DNA of 64,000 nucleotides from a virus (lineage: Duplodnaviria > Caudoviricetes). The stretch spans positions 13,132 to 77,131 of the IMG/VR virus record IMGVR_UViG_3300030100_000603. One strand, written 5' to 3'. Positions 57,939 through 64,000 of this stretch are shown here, piece after piece. Every line of letters starts with the position of its first letter. Position 1 is the stretch's first letter. The position numbers and the translations under genes were made by a program. The notes under the pieces are model-generated. The model ran no database searches. It saw only the letters and a program-made list of their open reading frames with translations, and was not told the DNA's origin.

Positions 57939-58141
57939 CCGAAATGAGAATAAGTCGCATTCAGGGAAGAAAATTAGGAATCTCTGTATATAAACCTCCA
58001 CCGATGAAGCTGGCAAACTTAATGTAGCGATGAAGCTGAAATTCTTGATGTGTAGATAAATCTGTCAAACTTGACGTAAAAATATAGGGCCCTCGTCGAA
58101 GCTGTCAAACTGGACCTTGAGAACCCTATTTCTCTATCATT

Positions 58142-58726
58142 TTACCTACCAAAATGCCTTTCTGTATACCCACTAGTACCATCCATCAGGGTATCATTTT
58201 CCCACGATTTTCTAACGCAAATTGCTTCAAAGTAATCCCTTCCTCGGTATAGTACAACATCCTTTCCGTTATCATCCCTGTACCATGCACAAAAGGTAGG
58301 GGTTTTTGATTTCCCACTAAGGTAGAATCTAACACCCCTCGGCTTTTTTCTAAAAGGGTCCGGCTTTTTGTTGCGATTGTTAACTACCCCATCGGCTTTT
58401 CTGAGGTTTTCAATTCTATTATCAGTAGCGTCCCCGTTTATATGGTCAAGGTTTGATCCTGGCCATTCTTTATGGTAGAGAAGCCAAGCGATATGATGTG
58501 CCAGATACTTAACTATCTTTTCACTGTCATATGCATAAACAATCCTGTTGACATAACGCTTCATGTCATTAAGATAATCAGCCCTCTTTCCTGCCTTCCT
58601 ACTATTCCATGCTTCAACTGAATGTTTATATCCATCAGGTAAATCTTCCTGACCTATTTCCTTATGATAAATAGCGCCAGACTCATAATCATATTCAAAG
58701 TATTTGGAGATATATTTGTAATCCAT
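58142..58726 (-). mobile_element. HNH endonuclease with AP2-like C-terminus
   Basis: YFEYDYESG.I...AHHIAW.LYHKEWP...LDHINGD.TDNRIENLR...VN.RN; GRDYFEAICVRKSWE. Confidence 0.85.
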
Positions 58727-58802
58727 ATCCTTCCCCTTCAATTCAATACAAAGAAACCGGGACACAAGGCCCCGGCTTATATCAACTATCCCCTATCGCT
58801 TT

Positions 58803-60131
58803 TCAGACAGCTTCTACCTTGAATCCATCGCCAAGCTCTTCGTTAAGGCGAGCGAGTGCGTCATCATAAGCCTGCTGTGCCTTATCCAGTTCACGCTTCG
58901 CACGCTTCACTTCTTCAATGGTATTCATCGGTTGATCCTCTTCTTCTTCATCCTTGTTTACTGGTACGGCAATCCCGTTCACCTTTTCGAAGGCACCAAT
59001 GTCATCATATGCGCCAGGAAGATTATCTTCAGCGTTATTGTAAGCACACGACCCTTCAATCAGTTTGAACATCGGACTGTATGACCTATCATCACGCTCA
59101 AGCTGTACGATACTGCCCGGAGTGAACCAAATTGCCTCTTCGGTCGCCTTGAAGTAGTCACCAACATTCATTCCGGCTTTTTGTGCAGGTGTTGGTTCAT
59201 CAATTTTAGTGACATATTCAAGATCGGCAAATGCGCCAGCAGTACCATCTTCTGAGTTGTTGAAATGACACTTGCCACTAACCAGCTTGAACAAAGGACT
59301 TTCGCTACCATCATCATGCTCAAGTTGGGCAATACTACCATCATCAAAACAAACTGATCCAACAATTCGGACATGATCCCCTACGCTGATGCCTTTACGT
59401 TGTGCGGGTGTCACTTTCTTCTTCTCCGTCAGGCGTAGAACTTCAATAATATCCAACTCTACAGGGTCTTCACCAAATGATCCTTCATCATCCCAATGGG
59501 CAAGACCATCATCTTCCTCATCCCAACCAACTTTCTCCCAAGAGTTGGCGCTATTATAAGACCATTCTGTCTCACCACGATCAGCGCCAGCAATCATGAA
59601 TGCATCGCGGACAAGATTGTATTCCTGCTCATTGTCAATGTCTTTCATGTTGACATAACACCCAGGCTTAATCACGATGTTTTCCATTTCCTTTTCCTCT
59701 TCGTTGACAATTTCGTAAGATGTACCTTCCCATGCCGGATGGAATCCATAATGAGGTTCTTCAATCTGCGACCATCCACCCTCTCCGATTCTTTCCTCTA
59801 CCTCAATGATATCTCCGTCATTCAGAAGGTCTGTACACATATATTCTGCATCGAGAATCCTGAGTTTGGTCACCTTTTTGTCCACTTCTTTGAAGATTTT
59901 CACATCACCGATTCTGATACGTGATGCTCCAATTACTTCATTAAAACCAGTATGATTGTCTGAATATTCAATTCCACAATCATCCTCATTGTCTTTAATT
60001 ACATGGTAAAGGTATGTGACATGACCCTTTGACACATGACCCTCTTCGTGTGTCGGGTACGATGCACCCTCGTGAACCTCGATATAATCGCCAATCTTCA
60101 GTTCCTTGATGGTATCTTTGACCAGTTTCAT
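58803..60131 (-). CDS. Acidic multi-domain protein with tandem SH3-like repeats
   Basis: Two ~72-aa repeats, TPAQ.KG..VGD...F..GSI.QLE.DD.S.SP.FKL..G.C..NN.ED...GA, plus other IGD/DGD modules; coiled-coil tail. Confidence 0.7.
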   Translation of the reverse strand: MKLVKDTIKELKIGDYIEVHEGASYPTHEEGHVSKGHVTYLYHVIKDNEDDCGIEYSDNHTGFNEVIGASRIRIGDVKIFKEVDKKVTKLRILDAEYMCTDLLNDGDIIEVEERIGEGGWSQIEEPHYGFHPAWEGTSYEIVNEEEKEMENIVIKPGCYVNMKDIDNEQEYNLVRDAFMIAGADRGETEWSYNSANSWEKVGWDEEDDGLAHWDDEGSFGEDPVELDIIEVLRLTEKKKVTPAQRKGISVGDHVRIVGSVCFDDGSIAQLEHDDGSESPLFKLVSGKCHFNNSEDGTAGAFADLEYVTKIDEPTPAQKAGMNVGDYFKATEEAIWFTPGSIVQLERDDRSYSPMFKLIEGSCAYNNAEDNLPGAYDDIGAFEKVNGIAVPVNKDEEEEDQPMNTIEEVKRAKRELDKAQQAYDDALARLNEELGDGFKVEAV

Positions 60132-60193
60132 TTTCTACTCTCCCCTTTGGTTGAAAGTGGGGTCAGGTATTTCCCAACCCCATGTCCTACATC

Positions 60194-60463
60194 TTACACG
60201 GTAATGGTCATGCCGTCAATCTTAATTTTCGAAAGAGTTTTCAGGTTGATGAACCGATAACCCTTGACTTTCACATCGTACACTGCTACCAGGTTGCCGA
60301 TGTTGTGAGTCGGACGACCAGTACCCTTCACATACTTCATGACTCCGGTACGGCAATTCATCTTGCGAACGCTACCATCTTTCTTGACGAAGGTTGCGGT
60401 GAAGAAACGACCGTCAGCCTGTTCGATGATGCGACGAATGCGAGCGGTATTGGAGATAGTCAT
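60194..60463 (-). CDS. WYL_2 / SH3-fold phage protein
   Basis: GRFFTATFVKKDGSVRKMNCRTGV...VYDV..KGYR.I.L; start ATG 60463. Confidence 0.7.
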   Translation of the reverse strand: MTISNTARIRRIIEQADGRFFTATFVKKDGSVRKMNCRTGVMKYVKGTGRPTHNIGNLVAVYDVKVKGYRFINLKTLSKIKIDGMTITV

Positions 60464-60498
60464 GGTGTTTCTCTTCCTTTGTGTGTGTGTGTGATTAC

Positions 60499-60526
60499 AG
60501 TATAGCAGATTGTTGTGTGGTGTCAA
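60499..60526 (-). promoter_or_regulatory. sigma70 promoter with GTAATCACACAC leader
   Basis: TTGACA-N16-TATACT. A sister promoter, TTGACA-N17-TAGACT at 60744-60772, has the same leader. Confidence 0.7.
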
Positions 60527-60708
60527 TACCCTTCATCCGAAATTTTAATTGATTCCAGCGCATTCTTCAGAGATACACCACCCTCAAGATAATCAGTGTA
60601 AGCGAGAAGACAGTCTTTCATGCATTCTTCAAAAGTCTGTGAGTCTACAAAATACCCCTCGTAATAATTCTGCATCATTCCATTGACAAACTCTTTGATG
60701 TCATCCAT
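60523..60708 (-). CDS. Small hypothetical protein
   Basis: Directly downstream of the promoter at 60744-60772, with a GGGGG RBS. Confidence 0.6.
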   Translation of the reverse strand: MDDIKEFVNGMMQNYYEGYFVDSQTFEECMKDCLLAYTDYLEGGVSLKNALESIKISDEGY

Positions 60709-60930
60709 CTCTGCCCCCTTCCGTTCTCTCAGTGTGTGATTACAGTCTATACGACACCTTCCTTGGTGTCAACATCTTTTTTCACAAATTCAGATCAATT
60801 TTAATCACAGATGTTACGATGATATACTTGTCTTCACGTTCAACAATACGAGCAGCATCATCTGCACTTTTTGCCTTGACAACCCTGATATACTCAGAGC
60901 CACGAAGCATGTACGACACATGATATGTAT

Positions 60931-61059
60931 TCATTTCCATTTACCCTTTCTGGTGTAACTACCTTTGCCTTTCTTTGGTTTCTCTACACGCTGCCGGTAC
61001 TTGGGAGTACGCAGGTCAGCCCTCACCTTGCTGTGTTTCACCTTCTTGTTTTGGGTCAT
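60931..61059 (-). CDS. arfA: Alternative ribosome-rescue factor A homolog (42 aa; alternative start at 61080)
   Basis: LRTPKYRQRVEKPKKGKGSYTRKGKWK parallels E. coli ArfA [26 protein letters not shown]; the stop overlaps the next ORF's ATG (ATGA). Confidence 0.8.
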   Translation of the reverse strand: MTQNKKVKHSKVRADLRTPKYRQRVEKPKKGKGSYTRKGKWK

Positions 61060-61414
61060 CAGGACCAAACCCCTTTTCATAAATATACCTTTCGTAGTAC
61101 CCCATGTCAAGCTTTTCCCAGACTTCTTCAATGGTTTCTTCTGCCTGATCAATATCTCTGGTCATGGGGTTGACATTCATGTAATGTTCATCATCCTGGT
61201 CATGAAGTTGAGCCCGAATTTCAATACCTTCAGGAAGGTCGAGCCCTGTAGACCTATCAGCAGGATAATACCAAACATTAATGTAGTATTTCTTGTTCCC
61301 GAGGTGGTCACGAATACATTTCTGATATAAAGTATCCGTCATTTCTAATACGCGGTACATATCACTCACATGCTTCTTGTAACCACGGTCAATCAGTTCT
61401 TTCTGAAGACTCAT
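61016..61414 (-). CDS. Hypothetical protein
   Basis: RBS AAGGAG before ATG 61414; LYQKCIRD..GNKKYYINV. Confidence 0.65.
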   Translation of the reverse strand: MSLQKELIDRGYKKHVSDMYRVLEMTDTLYQKCIRDHLGNKKYYINVWYYPADRSTGLDLPEGIEIRAQLHDQDDEHYMNVNPMTRDIDQAEETIEEVWEKLDMGYYERYIYEKGFGPDDPKQEGETQQGEG

Positions 61415-61415
61415 A

Positions 61416-61838
61416 TCAATTCTCCTTGATAACCAGCACATCAGTTACTTTCTTCCGGCGGCCCCAATACTCATCCATTGAGAATACACCACTTTGATCG
61501 ACTACGCAACCACTTTCTACTACCTGTACATGACCAGTCGTGGTAATAATATACTTGACGTTCGGTTGAAGATACCTGCTGAGTTTTTGCAGACTCATCC
61601 CATGAACAGGAATGCGTTGCAGCTTCAGTCCCATGTACTCAACCATCGCCTTGTCACGGATTCTATTGTAAGTACGACCTTTCCAATTACCCTGCATACG
61701 ACGACCACGAACCTTCTCACAAGCCTTCTGGTAGGCTTCAGTGGCTTCCTTGAGGGTCTTGCCCGCTGCTACCGCCATCGCAGTCAGGCCGCAATTGGGA
61801 AGATGACCTTGTGCATCGGGTGGAAGTTGAAGAGCCAT
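61416..61838 (-). CDS. Papain-fold (C39-like) cysteine-peptidase-like protein
   Basis: PNCGLTAMA (Cys), TTGHVQVV (His), VVDQ (Asp); promoter TTGCGC-N17-TACACT at 61877-61905. Confidence 0.5.
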   Translation of the reverse strand: MALQLPPDAQGHLPNCGLTAMAVAAGKTLKEATEAYQKACEKVRGRRMQGNWKGRTYNRIRDKAMVEYMGLKLQRIPVHGMSLQKLSRYLQPNVKYIITTTGHVQVVESGCVVDQSGVFSMDEYWGRRKKVTDVLVIKEN

Positions 61839-61950
61839 GATGTTTTCCTCAGTGCGTTTCCTTAGTAGGTGAGTACAGTGTATCAACCAGAATGAAATGG
61901 CGCAACCCTATTTTCAATAGATTTTCTCAATAAGATTGCGCCAGGTGATA

Positions 61951-63333
61951 TTAATCCTTAATCTCACTACCCTTTACGGTTTTATAAGCTTTGAGGAATA
62001 AAATAACATCTGCCTCAGAACTCCCCGCTTGATAACGTACAAGGTCATTACTCTCTACGTCCATTACCTCAACAGTACCATTCGGCTCAAAAGAAATTGA
62101 TACCTTAAGGTCTTTTGACAGTTCCATAATGTAGTCAAAAATGTCAGCGCCCATATCACATGTACCTATGAAAGTTTTGATCGAAAATCATGTTGCTCGG
62201 GTTTTCCTTTGATACCAACTGCACCCGAACAAACTGACCGTTCTCCGTACAGACAAGATCATATCGCTGAATTACGTCGTCATACGTCCCACGCTTGCCG
62301 TCAGTGAAGATACGTCGCCATGGAAGCTCGTACCACAGGTTCTCCAATGCATCGTCTATCGCCTTGTATGTAGTTTCTGATACCTCAATTGGTTCTTTCA
62401 TATATCATCCCTCAAGAAAGTAGTAGGTTGCTGCCTCTTCTTCACAGTACAGTGCCGTGCTGATACCACTCTTCGCCTTGATATCCCCCTCATCGTTATG
62501 GTCGATAAGACCAGGGTAATTACGCATCTTCTTATACAGAACTACTTCGATTGCATCTCCCCTTGCCATTGAATTATTGGTTGCTTCACGAATTTCAGTT
62601 ACTTCAGCATCCATCACAACAATGAATCCACCACCTTTCTTGCGTTCAATCTCTTCGTTGTTCAGACGAGGATTGTAGTATGTACTGTTGTCTGCAAGAA
62701 AGTGGTCACTCATTGCCTTGCGCCCATGACTGTCGAGTGAATTACTAGGTGCGTGCTGCGGGTGAAACTCTGCGTTGAAAGTAGTCATTTCTTAGTCCTC
62801 ATCGGTTTCAAACATCTCAGGATGTGCTTTCAGCATATCATGTGCATCCCGATTAATCAAGGTAATTTTATCAGTTTTTCCATCAATCAACTGCAACACT
62901 GTCTGGATACCGCCATGCGGTTGTTGAGCATCCGTATACGTCAGTAGTACATTATCAGGTTTCGGACTCGACCGCACCTTTTCAAACGTTTCCTGATAGC
63001 ATTCATTGACAGGTTTCAGGTTGATGAGTACAGACACCAGTTCGTCATCGTCATATACACATAGATAACTGAACATGTCAACAAACATCTTCTGTAGATC
63101 ATAACTCATAGGTTCAACTCCACATCATCTTCGGGTTTAAAGTTATTGTATAGGTTGCGAATTGCAATGTCAACAGCCTTGTTGTGTGCTGTATTCAGTC
63201 CCCAAAAGACCAACCAGACAATCAACCAGGGCCAGAATAGCACAGTGGCTATAAAATGCAAGACATGCCATGTAGATTTCCTGTGCTTCGTATTCAGTTC
63301 ATGTATTGCAGCATCACGTTTCATCTCATTCAC
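61951..63333 (-). CDS. Small hypothetical genes (61951-62154, 62156-62401, 62405-62788, 62792-63109, 63106-63333 membrane)
   Basis: Tightly packed ORFs with RBSs. Confidence 0.6.
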
Positions 63334-63974
63334 CTCCCAATGTGTTCACCGTAAAGATACACCAAATCAGGGTTGCTGTCAAGAAATTCTTCCAAAGTTT
63401 GGTTTGATTTTTCCAAATTATGCTCAGAGTACATTGGAATAAGGTTATCAAGACCATTTATAACTGCCGGGTCTTCAACACCATCTTCAACATACCTTGA
63501 CACAGGATAAATATGATCAATGTGCCAGGACACACCATGGTTCTCCCATGTCATATCTTCAAGCATTTTGTTTTCCATGTCAAACATGAATTCTTCGACA
63601 GAATAATCTAATGTCTCAAAAGTTGATTCGGTCTTGCCTTGTTTTGTCAAACTTAACACACGGGTAACCATATTACGGATTACACGAGATGTTTTACACC
63701 TTTCGTCTGTAGAATAACGGTTCCGGCAGTATTCATTTATCCTTTCACGATTCTCTTGGTAGTATTGTTTCGCATATTCAAGTATTTGTTCACGATTCTC
63801 TTTATAGTATTGTTTCGCATATTCAAGTATTTTATCACGATTCTCTTGATGGTATTGTTTTTTGGACTCAAGTATTTGTTCACGATTCTCTTGGTAGTAT
63901 TGTTTCCTGTACTCTAATACTTTATCGTAATTCTCTTGTTTGTATTTTTTACTTTTTATTAAATCACAAGGCAA
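63330..63974 (-). mobile_element. HNH endonuclease with repeated EY.KQYYQENR.QIL segment
   Basis: MENKMLEDMTWENHGVSWHIDHIYPV...NLIPMY...NLEKSN; close paralog of 47115-47784. Confidence 0.82.
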
Positions 63975-64000
63975 ACACGTCCCATTGACAACATATCTAA

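Noticed and set aside
60470-60495. (GT)n microsatellite
   Set aside because: A short CA-rich unstructured leader shared with the neighbouring promoter; no evidence of phase variation.

Overview
This window is part of a large lytic myovirus (contractile-tailed phage) genome, probably infecting a Gram-negative gamma-proteobacterium. The host is inferred from ArfA-like and PagL-like genes, spanins, sigma70 promoters and Fur-type boxes; many acidic proteins hint at a saline habitat. Layout: (i) 1-6.4 kb, + strand, DNA/nucleotide metabolism: 5'-3' exonuclease, nucleases, MazG-like protein, ThyX and a B12-dependent monomeric class II ribonucleotide reductase. (ii) 6.4-44 kb, - strand, the morphogenesis and lysis block: terminase split by a 231-nt ORF-less group I intron, portal, protease, scaffold, capsid, head-appendage paralogs, neck, sheath, three tube paralogs, frameshifted chaperones, tape measure, baseplate, two tail fibres, a PagL-like outer-membrane enzyme, holin-like genes and spanins. 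(iii) 44.4-52.7 kb, + strand, small accessory genes, a metallophosphoesterase, a C5 methyltransferase and a Rep-like wHTH protein. (iv) 53-58 kb, a block of strong-promoter early genes bounded by two repeat-rich non-coding regions that look like a terminal-repeat region. (v) 58-64 kb, - strand, further early-type genes including an ArfA homolog. About a dozen free-standing homing-type endonucleases are scattered through the window. Most notable observations: four Fur-box-like sites plus DnaA boxes and 22-bp-period repeats around the early block, together with a 7xHxH tail-fibre needle (possible iron-sensing or Fur-decoy system); a covarying two-state RNA element upstream of two HNH genes; a GIY-YIG gene that replaced its host gene's C-terminus with a copy recoded at 12 of 12 codons; a stop-codon-truncated ArfA; and a phage PagL-like deacylase. 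All family assignments are from motif recognition by eye; no searches were run. I saw no tRNA genes, CRISPR array, integrase or endolysin.
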